Assembly (NCBI GenBank): GCA_051748045.1
Contig: JBNJGY010000049.1
Span: forward strand, 1-13,036
Source: Thermotogota bacterium
Lineage (GTDB): Bacteria > Thermotogota > Thermotogae > Petrotogales > Petrotogaceae
Length of the DNA stretch: 13,036 nt
Direction of reading: 5' to 3'
In this document: positions 1 to 8,311 of the stretch, piece by piece
How the letters are laid out: the number at the start of each line of letters is the position of its first letter
Numbering within the stretch: the first letter of the stretch is position 1
The notes under the pieces: generated by a model
The model's database searches: none
Told to the model about the DNA's origin: nothing
What the model saw: only the letters and a program-made list of their open reading frames with translations
Made by a program: the position numbers and the translations under genes

Positions 1-1722
1 AATCTTTTTGTTTTAGACAATAATGGTAATGCCATATTTTCTGAAAAATATAAAAATTATGTTGAAGGGGTGGACTTTTCACAGAGAGATTATTTTAAAA
101 AATCTATAAATGGAGAAGTTGCTTTTTCAGAAATTTTCTATTCAGACCCCGTTGAAAGTAATATAATTGTTATAGCTTCACCAATTTATAAAGATAATGA
201 AGTAAAAGGAACAGTAAACCTTATGTTTGATAGAGAATATTTAGATTCTCTCGTTCACGATGGAATAGAGGAAATTGGTGATTCAGGAGACGCCTATTTA
301 GTTAACGATAAAGGTTTGTTATTAACCAATACAAGGTTAGGTGAATACAAATCTAATGCTGCTATGGAAGAAACAATAAACACAAAACCAGTTAAAGAAT
401 ATAGAGAAAACTTAAATAATAGTTCATTTCTGGGTAGTGGTTTATATAATGACTATTTAGATCACCCAGTTTTTGGTTATTATGAAGTCGTTGATCTTCA
501 ATTTGGAAATGCTCTTATGATAATAGAAATAGACGAATCAGAAGCAATGGCAGCAGTTAATTTTATAACCAGACTGTATATTATAATGACAATAATTGCA
601 GTTTCAATAGGAATCATACTAATATGGTTTATTGCAAAAAGCATAACAAAACCATTAACTGCACTAAAAGATCATGCATCAATTTTAGCAAAAAATGATT
701 TTTCTAATGATGTAAAAGATGAAATAAAAAATAGAAAAGACGAAATAGGTGTACTATCTCAAGCTTTTGATAAATTAGCTAAGAATCTCAAAGAAGTAGT
801 AAATGACTTAAAAGGATATTCTGACCAAATGAATCAATCAAGTCAAAATTTAGCGTCTATTTCAGAAGAAAATACAGCAGCTACTGAAGAACTAGCATCA
901 CAAAGTGATGTTATTTCAAGAAACACTGAATCAGCAGCAGCGAACTCAGAAGAAATTAATTCTAGCATTGAAGAATTAGCTTCTGCAGCTGAAACAGTTT
1001 CAAAATTAGCTCAAGATCTATCAGAACTTGCTAAAGAAACTTCAAATGATTCAGAGGAAGGTACGACTGTAATTGAAAAAGTTGAAGGTTTTGTTGAAGA
1101 CGCTTCTAATAAATCAGACCAAACACTTAAATCTGTAAAAGTACTTGTAGAAAAGGCGAAAAACATTTCTAGTATAGTAGATACTATAAGCAATATTACA
1201 GAACAAACTAATTTATTAGCTCTTAACGCAGCTATTGAAGCAGCAAGAGCAGGAGAAGCAGGAAAAGGTTTTGCTGTAGTCGCAGACGAGATTAGAAAGT
1301 TAGCAGAAGATTCTTCTTCAGCTACAAATCAAATCGCTTCAATACTTAATGAACTACAAAAAGAAACTAATGATGTAAACGATCATACTGAAAGCACAGT
1401 AGGAATAATGAAACAAGTTAAGGAAAGCGCTTTTGAAGTTTCTACAAAATTTGAAGGTATAAAATCAAAAATCAATCAAATATCCACAAATATTGAAGAC
1501 CTTGCTTCAAATTCACAAGAACAAAGTGCTAGTACTGAAGAAATGAGTGGAGCTATAAATAAAGTAGTTGAAAGTTTTAATGGCATCACAGAAAAAGTAC
1601 AAAACCAAAACGACTCTATAAACGAACTATCTGGAACAACACAAACCATCAGTTCAAATGCAGAAGAATTATCTGCAATATCTGAAAATCTAAACGAAAT
1701 AGTTAATAAATTTAAAGTTTAA
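1..1722 (+). CDS. Methyl-accepting chemotaxis protein (Cache-type sensor, TM, HAMP, MCP signalling domain); 5'-truncated by the window edge
   Basis: Frame is open from base 1 ([16 protein letters not shown]... into the ORF-track sequence), so the GTG at 70 is not the true start. Cache-like DFSQRDYF and [10 protein letters not shown] segments, TM helix, HAMP ([11 protein letters not shown]) and the hairpin-tip motif [35 protein letters not shown]. Confidence 0.97.
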   Translation, partial: NLFVLDNNGNAIFSEKYKNYVEGVDFSQRDYFKKSINGEVAFSEIFYSDPVESNIIVIASPIYKDNEVKGTVNLMFDREYLDSLVHDGIEEIGDSGDAYLVNDKGLLLTNTRLGEYKSNAAMEETINTKPVKEYRENLNNSSFLGSGLYNDYLDHPVFGYYEVVDLQFGNALMIIEIDESEAMAAVNFITRLYIIMTIIAVSIGIILIWFIAKSITKPLTALKDHASILAKNDFSNDVKDEIKNRKDEIGVLSQAFDKLAKNLKEVVNDLKGYSDQMNQSSQNLASISEENTAATEELASQSDVISRNTESAAANSEEINSSIEELASAAETVSKLAQDLSELAKETSNDSEEGTTVIEKVEGFVEDASNKSDQTLKSVKVLVEKAKNISSIVDTISNITEQTNLLALNAAIEAARAGEAGKGFAVVADEIRKLAEDSSSATNQIASILNELQKETNDVNDHTESTVGIMKQVKESAFEVSTKFEGIKSKINQISTNIEDLASNSQEQSASTEEMSGAINKVVESFNGITEKVQNQNDSINELSGTTQTISSNAEELSAISENLNEIVNKFKV

Positions 1723-1727
1723 TTGCC

Positions 1728-1770
1728 TCCAAAGGCTCTCATGATTTAATGAGGGTCTTTGGAATCTTTT
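1728..1770 (+). terminator. Intrinsic terminator after the MCP gene
   Basis: 15-bp stem TCCAAAGGCTCTCAT/ATGAGGGTCTTTGGA with two G-U pairs on the + strand, 6-nt loop, followed by ATCTTTT. Confidence 0.75.
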
Positions 1771-1798
1771 AATAAAGATCTCATTTGGAGATGAAAAA

Positions 1799-3940
1799 AT
1801 GAAAAAATACAATTTAAAAAATTTATTATATAAGAAACCTCTTATAAGAAATTTAATATTTTTAATAGTCATTATATTAGTAATGTTTATAATGTATTTT
1901 GTTTTTTTTGAATGGTATACAAAAAAGGTTACTGATTATTATGTCAGTGAACTTGAAATTTATACAGAAATTTTAGAAAACGATATGTTAGAGATATATG
2001 AAGATAATAAAGAAAAAATTAGGGATTTAACAGAATATTATTCAAACGATTTAGAGAGTTTATCTGATTTAGGAAGAAATATTGAGCAGTTTGAAGATTT
2101 TCAGGAAATAAATTATTATCTAATAAATGAAAATGGAGTTATATACGAAACGGATTATGAAGAAGATTTAGGATATGACCTTAAAACTATTCCTGATTTT
2201 TGGCCAGAATTAAAAAATGAATTGAATGAACAAAAAATTTTAATACAACCAATTGGTATGGATAGTGCTGATGGTCATTTAAGAATTTTTTCTTATACCA
2301 AGCTAGCTAATGGAAATATTCTTGAAATGGGTTTTAAATTGAGAAGTTGTTTCTTGTGTGATATTATAAATTTTTGTGAAAATGATTCTAAGTTACCATT
2401 TTTAGATTATATTGGTTTATATAATTTTCAAAAAGTCCCTTTAACAGATAGTTTCAAAGATTTTGATTTTTCTATTTTTGGGGATAAGATTAAAAAAAAT
2501 AATGAAAAGGGTTTTTTTAAAAGATATAATATGAGGGTTTTCAGCAGTAATGTCTTTGGAAATTATAAGTTACAATGGTTAATTTTAGTTGAATATGATT
2601 TCTTTTATTCTCTTTACATACTTTTATCTTTTATAGTTGGGTTTTCCTTTTATTTTATCTATTTAATAACAAAAAATAAAAAAACAAATGACATAGTTTA
2701 TGATGATTTAAAAAATTTACACAAAGTATCAGACAATATGTCTAAGGATAATTATGATGAATTTATCAATTCTATAAAAACAAGAGAGATTAAAGAAATA
2801 AAAGATGTATTGATTTCATCAAAAGAAGAAATACAAACAAATACCGAAGAGCTAATTTCCAATAATGAAGAATTAGAAAATACATACAAAACTTTAGAAA
2901 AAACTTATAACAATTTTGATTTAGTTTTAGATGTTTTTTCAAACCTTTCAGATGATAGATTCGACGAAAAAAAATATTTAAAGAAAATTATTGATTTTAT
3001 AAAAAATTATATTCATGATTCGATATATGTGGCTATTTTAGTAAAATCACAATCTCCGTTAAACAATGGCTATATATTTCATTATAAAAATAAAGATTTT
3101 GAAGATAATTTTGTTATAAATAATTTAGATACAAAGAATATATGCACAGGAGAATCAATATATAATTTATTAGATAATAAGAACCCAGATCATAAAAAAA
3201 TAAAAAATCATATTGATGATGCTATGAATAAATTTTGTTATCCTATTATTAATAATAAACCTATAGGCTATATATTTATTGGTTTTGAAGAAAATTATGG
3301 TTCAGAAAAAGAGATAATAAATCAAATAACAAAGATTTTTAAATCTTATTATTTAATGAAAAAGTATACATATGAAGAAAGTAATTTAAAGATGAGAATT
3401 TTGAAAGTTATTTCAAAAACTCTTGATTATTATGATTCTTATACAAAAGGTCATTCAGATAATGTGGCAATATATTCTTTTAGAATTGCTAATGAAATGG
3501 GTTTAGATGAGAAAACATTAGACAAAATTTATTGGGCTGGGATATTACACGATGTGGGAAAAATATTTGTTTCTCAATCTACTTTGAATAAAAATGGTAA
3601 ACTGACAGATGAAGAATATGAAGAAATTAAAAAACATCCAGAAAAAAGTTTTGAACTAATTTCTTCTGTAGAAGGTTTAGAAGAGTATGCTGAAATAGTT
3701 AGATATCACCATGAAAGATATGATGGGAAAGGTTATCCAAAAGGTATTAAAAAAGATAAGATCCCAAAAGAATCAAGGATATTAGCGGTTGCTGATTCTA
3801 TGGATGCGATGTTAAGCACTAGACCATATAAAAAGGCTAAAAATTTAGAAGAAGCATTGATTGAATTAGAAAATAACAAAGGATTACAATTTGACCCCCA
3901 GATAGTTGATATAGCTAAAAAGATAAACTGGAACATATAA
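1799..3940 (+). CDS. Membrane-anchored HD-GYP domain cyclic di-nucleotide phosphodiesterase
   Basis: Two TM segments flank an extracytoplasmic region, followed by a coiled coil (TEELISNNEELE). The C-terminal HD-GYP domain has YTKGHS, LHDVGK, HHERYDGKGYP, ADSMDAM and RPYK. GGAG RBS at 1787-1790. Confidence 0.95.
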   Translation: MKKYNLKNLLYKKPLIRNLIFLIVIILVMFIMYFVFFEWYTKKVTDYYVSELEIYTEILENDMLEIYEDNKEKIRDLTEYYSNDLESLSDLGRNIEQFEDFQEINYYLINENGVIYETDYEEDLGYDLKTIPDFWPELKNELNEQKILIQPIGMDSADGHLRIFSYTKLANGNILEMGFKLRSCFLCDIINFCENDSKLPFLDYIGLYNFQKVPLTDSFKDFDFSIFGDKIKKNNEKGFFKRYNMRVFSSNVFGNYKLQWLILVEYDFFYSLYILLSFIVGFSFYFIYLITKNKKTNDIVYDDLKNLHKVSDNMSKDNYDEFINSIKTREIKEIKDVLISSKEEIQTNTEELISNNEELENTYKTLEKTYNNFDLVLDVFSNLSDDRFDEKKYLKKIIDFIKNYIHDSIYVAILVKSQSPLNNGYIFHYKNKDFEDNFVINNLDTKNICTGESIYNLLDNKNPDHKKIKNHIDDAMNKFCYPIINNKPIGYIFIGFEENYGSEKEIINQITKIFKSYYLMKKYTYEESNLKMRILKVISKTLDYYDSYTKGHSDNVAIYSFRIANEMGLDEKTLDKIYWAGILHDVGKIFVSQSTLNKNGKLTDEEYEEIKKHPEKSFELISSVEGLEEYAEIVRYHHERYDGKGYPKGIKKDKIPKESRILAVADSMDAMLSTRPYKKAKNLEEALIELENNKGLQFDPQIVDIAKKINWNI

Positions 3941-3973
3941 AAACATCTCGCTAAAAGCGAGATGTTTTTATAT
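3935..3973. terminator. Bidirectional intrinsic terminator between the convergent HD-GYP and PhzF genes
   Basis: Perfect 18-bp inverted repeat ATATAAAAACATCTCGCT-AAA-AGCGAGATGTTTTTATAT containing both stop codons (3938-3940 on +, 3968-3970 on -). Confidence 0.9.
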
Positions 3974-4828
3974 TTCAAGGCTTATTTCATCAATGATTAC
4001 TGCTTTTCCTCCAACTTTAACTTTATCATAATTACCATCTTGAGTTTCTACAATAGCTTTAATTTTTGATGGTTTTTTCATTTTATAACCTTGTTCAAAA
4101 ACCATTTCTGTATTTGGTTTGTATATTTTATGTTTAACAAAATAACTAGCTAAAGCACCACTTGCAGTTCCCGTGGCAGATTCTTCTTTAATACCTAAAT
4201 GTGGTGCAAAATTTCTGCAAGAAGCATGGAAATCTTTTTTTTCTAAATTAAAAATATGAAATCCAGCTGCATCATTTTCTATACTGATTTCACCTATTTT
4301 TTTGAAATCAGGTATTAAGTAGTTCATTTTATCAAAGCTTTTTATTGGTATAATTATATCTTTCAATCCTGTTGATACCATTTCAACAGGATATTCATCG
4401 TAGAATTCTTCTTCAGAAATATTAAGAGCGTCGGCAATAACTTTTTTATCCAAAAGGCCAGAGAAATAAGGTATGTTTTGATCCATCATTACTTCTTCTT
4501 TTGAATTAGTTTCAATGCCTAATACCCCTGCTTTTGTTTCTTGAGTATATTTTCCTGGCTTTATTATTTCTTTTTTCATTAATAGTGAAAAAGTTGCAAT
4601 AGTTGCATGGCCACAAAGATTTACTTCTTCCACAGGGGTAAAAAACCTAACTTTAAAATCCGCTTTGTTTGACTTAGAAACAAAAGCTGTTTCTGAATAT
4701 CCCACTTCTTCTGCAATGTATTTCATTTCACCTTCTTTTAAATTGTCTGCGTTTAAGACAACTCCTGCAGGATTTCCACCTTCTATATTATCAGTAAATG
4801 ACGTTAGTCTGTAAACTTTTATTTTCAA
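3968..4828 (-). CDS. PhzF/PhzC family isomerase/epimerase-like protein
   Basis: Motifs FTD..EGGNPAGVV, GYSETAF, VRFFTP..EV.LCGHATIA, STG and ESATGTA. TTG start with AGGAGGAGG RBS. Confidence 0.93.
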   Translation of the reverse strand: MKIKVYRLTSFTDNIEGGNPAGVVLNADNLKEGEMKYIAEEVGYSETAFVSKSNKADFKVRFFTPVEEVNLCGHATIATFSLLMKKEIIKPGKYTQETKAGVLGIETNSKEEVMMDQNIPYFSGLLDKKVIADALNISEEEFYDEYPVEMVSTGLKDIIIPIKSFDKMNYLIPDFKKIGEISIENDAAGFHIFNLEKKDFHASCRNFAPHLGIKEESATGTASGALASYFVKHKIYKPNTEMVFEQGYKMKKPSKIKAIVETQDGNYDKVKVGGKAVIIDEISLEI

Positions 4829-4849
4829 TTTAAAAACCTCCTCCTGATT

Positions 4850-4878
4850 ATTATATCAAAATATAGTAAGTTAGTTAA
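4850..4878 (-). promoter_or_regulatory. Candidate sigma-70 promoter of the PhzF-family gene
   Basis: Minus strand TTAACT (4878-4873), 17 bp, then TATAAT (4855-4850) with extended TGn (TGATATAAT). Confidence 0.6.
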
Positions 4879-5029
4879 ACTAAATAGTGGTAAAAATATT
4901 AGTTTATATCCATTTTATTCTCAGATATAATCAAATATTACAAATAATGACATATAATAAAAAACAATAAGAAAGAATAACATTTTGAGGTATAATAATT
5001 ATGATATTTTAAAAGTTGGAGGGATGATT

Positions 5030-5809
5030 ATGGCTGATTTTATTGATTATGTGATTCATGGGGATGATATGCAACTTGTTGAAATTGAATTAGACCCAAA
5101 TGAAGGGGTTAGAGCTGAAGCTGGGGCTATGATGTATATGGAAAATGATATTGAAATGCAAACAAATACTGGTGGTGGAATATTCAAAGGACTAAAAAGA
5201 ATGTTTACAGGAGAAAGTTTTTTTATAACTAATTTTATGCATAGAGGAGAAGGTAAAGGCCATGTAGCTTTTGGAGCTCCCTATCCAGGAAAAGTTATTC
5301 CAATTGATTTAATAGAATTCAATGGTAGCTTTATCTGCCAAAAAGATAGTTTTTTATGCGCTGCTAATGGTGTTGAAATAGAAATAGAACTAACAAAAAA
5401 ATTAGGTACAGGTCTATTCGGGGGAGAAGGGTTTATTCTTCAAAGATTAGAAGGACATGGTATGGCTTTTATACACGCTGGTGGAGCTTTAATTAAAAAG
5501 CATTTACAACCAGGCGAAGTTTTAAAGGTAGACACAGGTTGTATTGTTGGATTTGAAAAAACAGTGGATTATGATATACAATTTATCGGAGGATTTACCA
5601 ATGCTCTTTTTGGGGGAGAAGGGTTGTTTCTTGCTACTTTAAGAGGACCCGGGGTAATATATTTACAATCATTACCATTTTCAAGACTAGCAGACAGAAT
5701 AATGGCAGGAGCAAAAAAGACAGGTGCAACAAAAGGAGAACAAAGAGGATTTGCTGGAATTGGTGGAGATATTCTTGGAGGATTTTTAGGTGGAGATAAT
5801 AAACATTAA
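5030..5809 (+). CDS. AIM24 / TIGR00266 family protein (259 aa)
   Basis: Motifs GDDMQ.VEIELDP.E...AEAGAMMYM, TGESFF, FGGEGFILQRLEG, VDTGC and YLQSLPFSRLA. Start moved from 4985 to ATG 5030 because GGAGG at 5018-5022 lies 7 nt upstream. Confidence 0.93.
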   Translation: MADFIDYVIHGDDMQLVEIELDPNEGVRAEAGAMMYMENDIEMQTNTGGGIFKGLKRMFTGESFFITNFMHRGEGKGHVAFGAPYPGKVIPIDLIEFNGSFICQKDSFLCAANGVEIEIELTKKLGTGLFGGEGFILQRLEGHGMAFIHAGGALIKKHLQPGEVLKVDTGCIVGFEKTVDYDIQFIGGFTNALFGGEGLFLATLRGPGVIYLQSLPFSRLADRIMAGAKKTGATKGEQRGFAGIGGDILGGFLGGDNKH

Positions 5810-5817
5810 AATATAAT

Positions 5818-5853
5818 AAAAAATAAATCCTGCTTAAGCAGGATTTATTTTTT
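5818..5853. terminator. Bidirectional intrinsic terminator
   Basis: Perfect 36-bp palindrome AAAAAATAAATCCTGCTT|AAGCAGGATTTATTTTTT between convergent genes. Confidence 0.9.
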
Positions 5854-6276
5854 CGACATCAACTCTTTTATAGTTTCTTCTAATGCAGTGAATGCTTTAG
5901 AAGGTTTGTTTATATCAACAGTCGCCTTTTCCATTGGGCACATGTCATCGCCTGTATTATTTAAAATATATTTTGTTTCGTTATCATAGGTAAAAGGCAA
6001 ATCTTTATCTGCCAACAATTCTATGGCAGATTTACTCATTGTATAACCATGTAGTTCTTTAATTTTTGCGTATAAAACTAATAACGCTGCAGCTTTTCCG
6101 ATAATTTTATCAGCAACTGATGCTCCTTTTAATAATGATTTATTCTTTCTGAGAATTTTCATCAAAGGTTTAATACCATTTTCTTGTGAAGCAGCAATAA
6201 TTACATTGTCTTTTACTGCGACAAAAGTGTATTTACCTTTTTCTAAAAAATCTTTAGCTTTTTCTATATCCTTCAT
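5845..6276 (-). CDS. DUF1893 (TM1506-like) protein
   Basis: Motifs S...GIKPL, VADKIIGKAAA, MSK.A..LL and C-terminal ILNNTGDDMCPMEK. Overlaps the upstream ECF S-component gene by 23 nt. Confidence 0.88.
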   Translation of the reverse strand: MKDIEKAKDFLEKGKYTFVAVKDNVIIAASQENGIKPLMKILRKNKSLLKGASVADKIIGKAAALLVLYAKIKELHGYTMSKSAIELLADKDLPFTYDNETKYILNNTGDDMCPMEKATVDINKPSKAFTALEETIKELMSKK

Positions 6277-6796
6277 TTAGAAAACCCCTTTTTTCTAATA
6301 TTTTAACAGTTAAAGGAATCAAAACTATTTGTAGGGCTATACCCGGTAGTCCTGAAACAAAAGCACTTCCTACTCCAATTGCAGCAGGAATGTTTAACAT
6401 AAATATTTTTGATAAAACTATAATTCCCAAGCCATAAGATAAACGACCTAATATCATAGCTCCTATCAATGATACAAATACATTAGCTCTTTTTCTTTCG
6501 AATAAAAATCCCGCAACTAATCCATAAATAGGTAATTCGAACATCATTAAAAATAGTATTGGAGGAGATACAGGCGGCATTCCTGTTAACAAGGAACTTA
6601 AAACAGGTGTTAGTAACCCTGCAATAATCCCATAAAAAGGTCCAACAATAAACCCTGTAAGCAATACAGGTATATGCATAGGTAGTAAAATACCTCCCAA
6701 ATTAGGACCACCAATTAAATGAAAAATTTGTGGTAATAAAACTCCTAAAGCAATTAATATTGCAGCTGTAATCATCTTTTGTGTTTTAGACTTCAT
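6254..6796 (-). CDS. ECF transporter S component (substrate unknown)
   Basis: 180-aa, highly hydrophobic protein with about 5-6 TM helices. AxxxA-like TAAILIA in helix 1, LLPMHIPVLL.G...GP..G...G.LTP motif and GLPGIALQIVLIP tail. AGGGGTGA RBS. Confidence 0.88.
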   Translation of the reverse strand: MKSKTQKMITAAILIALGVLLPQIFHLIGGPNLGGILLPMHIPVLLTGFIVGPFYGIIAGLLTPVLSSLLTGMPPVSPPILFLMMFELPIYGLVAGFLFERKRANVFVSLIGAMILGRLSYGLGIIVLSKIFMLNIPAAIGVGSAFVSGLPGIALQIVLIPLTVKILEKRGFLNEGYRKS

Positions 6797-6829
6797 AAGT
6801 CACCCCTTAATCAAAATATATTCTTTGTT

Positions 6830-6858
6830 ATTATACAATAAAATGATTAGTATTACAA
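6830..6858 (-). promoter_or_regulatory. Candidate sigma-70 promoter of the ECF-S/DUF1893 operon
   Basis: Minus strand TTGTAA (6858-6853), 17 bp, then TATAAT (6835-6830). Confidence 0.55.
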
Positions 6859-6865
6859 ACTAAAT

Positions 6866-7474
6866 TTAATCTTTTAAGGAAGCTATTGCTAAAAAAAGTA
6901 TAGGTGTAGTTAATAATGAAAGCATATAAATTTTTTGGTAATTTAGATCTCCCCCTAAAAGGTATATATAAAACAACCCCATAGAAAGAAAAAAATAACT
7001 AAAAAATCCTAGAATTTTAGATTTTATTGCTATTATAGTAGCTAGTAATAATGCTCCTGGTAAAATGTATTCTTGTGGAATTGAAAATCCATGAGAACTA
7101 AAAGTAAATAAAAATAATAAAAGAGTTATAGTATATCCTGTTCGTTTAATTAAAATATCTCTTCCTCTTAAATAAAAGGTTCTATAAAGATTTATATATA
7201 TCAAAGGAATAAGTATAAAAATCTCTAAAAAAACAGGTTTTATATCTATTTGTAGAGAAACACTCACGACAGCTATGGACATTATTATATAAAGTGAATG
7301 TATAGATGATTTTCTATAAGCTTCTTTTCCTCCATTATCCAATTTTTTGAATTTAATATGTTCCATATAAAAAATTATAAAAAACAATAAAAAATAATAA
7401 CCACTAATATTTAGTAAGAAAATAATCCCAATTATCCCCACTAATTCAAGAAGAGACCATGTTCTAAATTTCAT
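6866..7474 (-). CDS. Hypothetical multi-pass membrane protein (202 aa)
   Basis: Hydrophobic throughout. Start moved from 7519 to ATG 7474 (MKFRTW) because GCGGGGTG RBS is directly upstream. No family confidently recognised. Confidence 0.75.
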   Translation of the reverse strand: MKFRTWSLLELVGIIGIIFLLNISGYYFLLFFIIFYMEHIKFKKLDNGGKEAYRKSSIHSLYIIMSIAVVSVSLQIDIKPVFLEIFILIPLIYINLYRTFYLRGRDILIKRTGYTITLLLFLFTFSSHGFSIPQEYILPGALLLATIIAIKSKILGFFSYFFLSMGLFYIYLLGGDLNYQKIYMLSLLTTPILFLAIASLKD

Positions 7475-7495
7475 TTTTTCACCCCGCATAATAAA

Positions 7496-7527
7496 TGTAA
7501 AATATGAGGCTTGCTCCACATTTTACA
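7496..7527. promoter_or_regulatory. Imperfect inverted repeat (candidate operator or leader hairpin)
   Basis: TGTAAAATATG-N10-CACATTTTACA, with 10 of 11 positions paired, about 20 nt upstream of the membrane-protein start. Confidence 0.45.
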
Positions 7528-7558
7528 GAAATTTAACTGATATATCTTTTCAAAGCCC

Positions 7559-7589
7559 TTGACATTTAGTACGCTTAACGTAATATAAT
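7559..7589 (+). promoter_or_regulatory. Consensus sigma-70 promoter with no long ORF downstream
   Basis: TTGACA at 7559-7564 and TATAAT at 7584-7589 (19-bp spacer). Alternative -10 TAATAT at 7581-7586 (16-bp spacer). Confidence 0.6.
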
Positions 7590-7593
7590 TATT

Positions 7594-7653
7594 ATGAAAA
7601 TATTCTTACCCACTATGTATTACTACAAAACTTTTAGAAGAGGGCGTTATTAA
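7594..7653 (+). other. Candidate small ORF/leader peptide MKIFLPTMYYYKTFRRGRY, or sRNA body
   Basis: ATG at 7594, TAA at 7651-7653. Lies between the promoter at 7559-7589 and the terminator at 7635-7672. No RBS, so it would be leaderless. Confidence 0.35.
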
Positions 7654-7672
7654 TTTAACGTCCTCTTTTATT
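7635..7672 (+). terminator. Intrinsic terminator, + strand oriented, overlapping the elaA 3' end
   Basis: 15-bp stem TAGAAGAGGGCGTTA/TAACGTCCTCTTTTA, loop TTAATT. Both non-Watson-Crick pairs are G-U on + (C-A on -), and the T-run is on +. Confidence 0.7.
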
Positions 7673-8104
7673 ATACAACATTTCTACATGTGGAATATCA
7701 TCCTCTAGGTAAACATCTGATACAGTATCGAACTTGAAACTATTATAAAATTTTTCTAGATATTTTTGACCAGATAATCTTATGGATGTTTCATTCATTT
7801 CTTTTTCTACAAAATCAATAGCATTTTGCAAAATTTTCTTTGCTAAGCCTCTACCTCTTTTATCTTCTTTTACTATAAATCTTCCTATAGATACTTCATT
7901 ATAAGAAACTCCTTTTGGAAGTATTCTTAGATAAGCAACAATTTCACTGTTTTCTTTTATAAAATGATGGATTGCCTTATAATCTTTTCTGTCTAATTCA
8001 GGATAAGGACAATTTTGTTCGACAATAAAAATATCTACTCTCAATTTTATTATTTCATACAACTCTTCTTTGGTAAGATCTTCAAAACTTTTAAAATATT
8101 CCAT
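7655..8104 (-). CDS. elaA: ElaA-family GNAT N-acetyltransferase
   Basis: Motifs F..L...ELY.I..LR..IF.VEQNCPYPELD..D, VAYLRI, SIGR, RGRGLA and YLEDDIPH.EM. AGGGGG RBS. Confidence 0.9.
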   Translation of the reverse strand: MEYFKSFEDLTKEELYEIIKLRVDIFIVEQNCPYPELDRKDYKAIHHFIKENSEIVAYLRILPKGVSYNEVSIGRFIVKEDKRGRGLAKKILQNAIDFVEKEMNETSIRLSGQKYLEKFYNSFKFDTVSDVYLEDDIPHVEMLYNKRGR

Positions 8105-8121
8105 ATTAAACCCCCTATATT

Positions 8122-8152
8122 AAAAAAAAGACTTCGCTTTTTGCGAAGTCTT
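8122..8152 (-). terminator. Intrinsic terminator-like hairpin in the elaA 5' leader
   Basis: Minus strand AAGACTTCGC-AAAAA-GCGAAGTCTT, a 10-bp perfect stem ending in an 8-T run, a few nt before the elaA RBS. Confidence 0.75.
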
Positions 8153-8171
8153 AAAATCGAGTATCATTAAA

Positions 8172-8200
8172 ATTATATCATGAAAAATAAAATTTGTAAA
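8172..8200 (-). promoter_or_regulatory. Near-consensus sigma-70 promoter upstream of elaA
   Basis: Minus strand TTTACA (8200-8195), 17 bp, then TATAAT (8177-8172) with extended TGn. Confidence 0.7.
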
Positions 8201-8311
8201 TAAAAATTTCAATGCTATTTTGTTAATTTTAAATATATGATATTTTTCACTATTAAAAATTTTCTATTATGAGATAATAAAAATAGATATTAAAAAAAGG
8301 GGGAATTTTAT

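Noticed and set aside
1011-1872. Minus-strand ORFs 1011..1193 and 1690..1872
   Set aside because: Antisense to well-supported MCP and HD-GYP genes, with no recognisable motifs.
3733-3978. 81-aa minus-strand ORF
   Set aside because: Antisense to the HD-GYP catalytic domain and starts at the terminator.
3968-4828. Phenazine biosynthesis cluster
   Set aside because: A lone PhzF-family gene; no phzA/B/D/E/G neighbours.
4991-5012. Tiny uORF (ATG ATA TTT TAA) 4 nt after a TATAAT upstream of the AIM24 gene; similar ATG at 8930 before proC
   Set aside because: Expected by chance in AT-rich DNA, with no associated terminator. Recorded as a caution for the leaderless uORF hypotheses.
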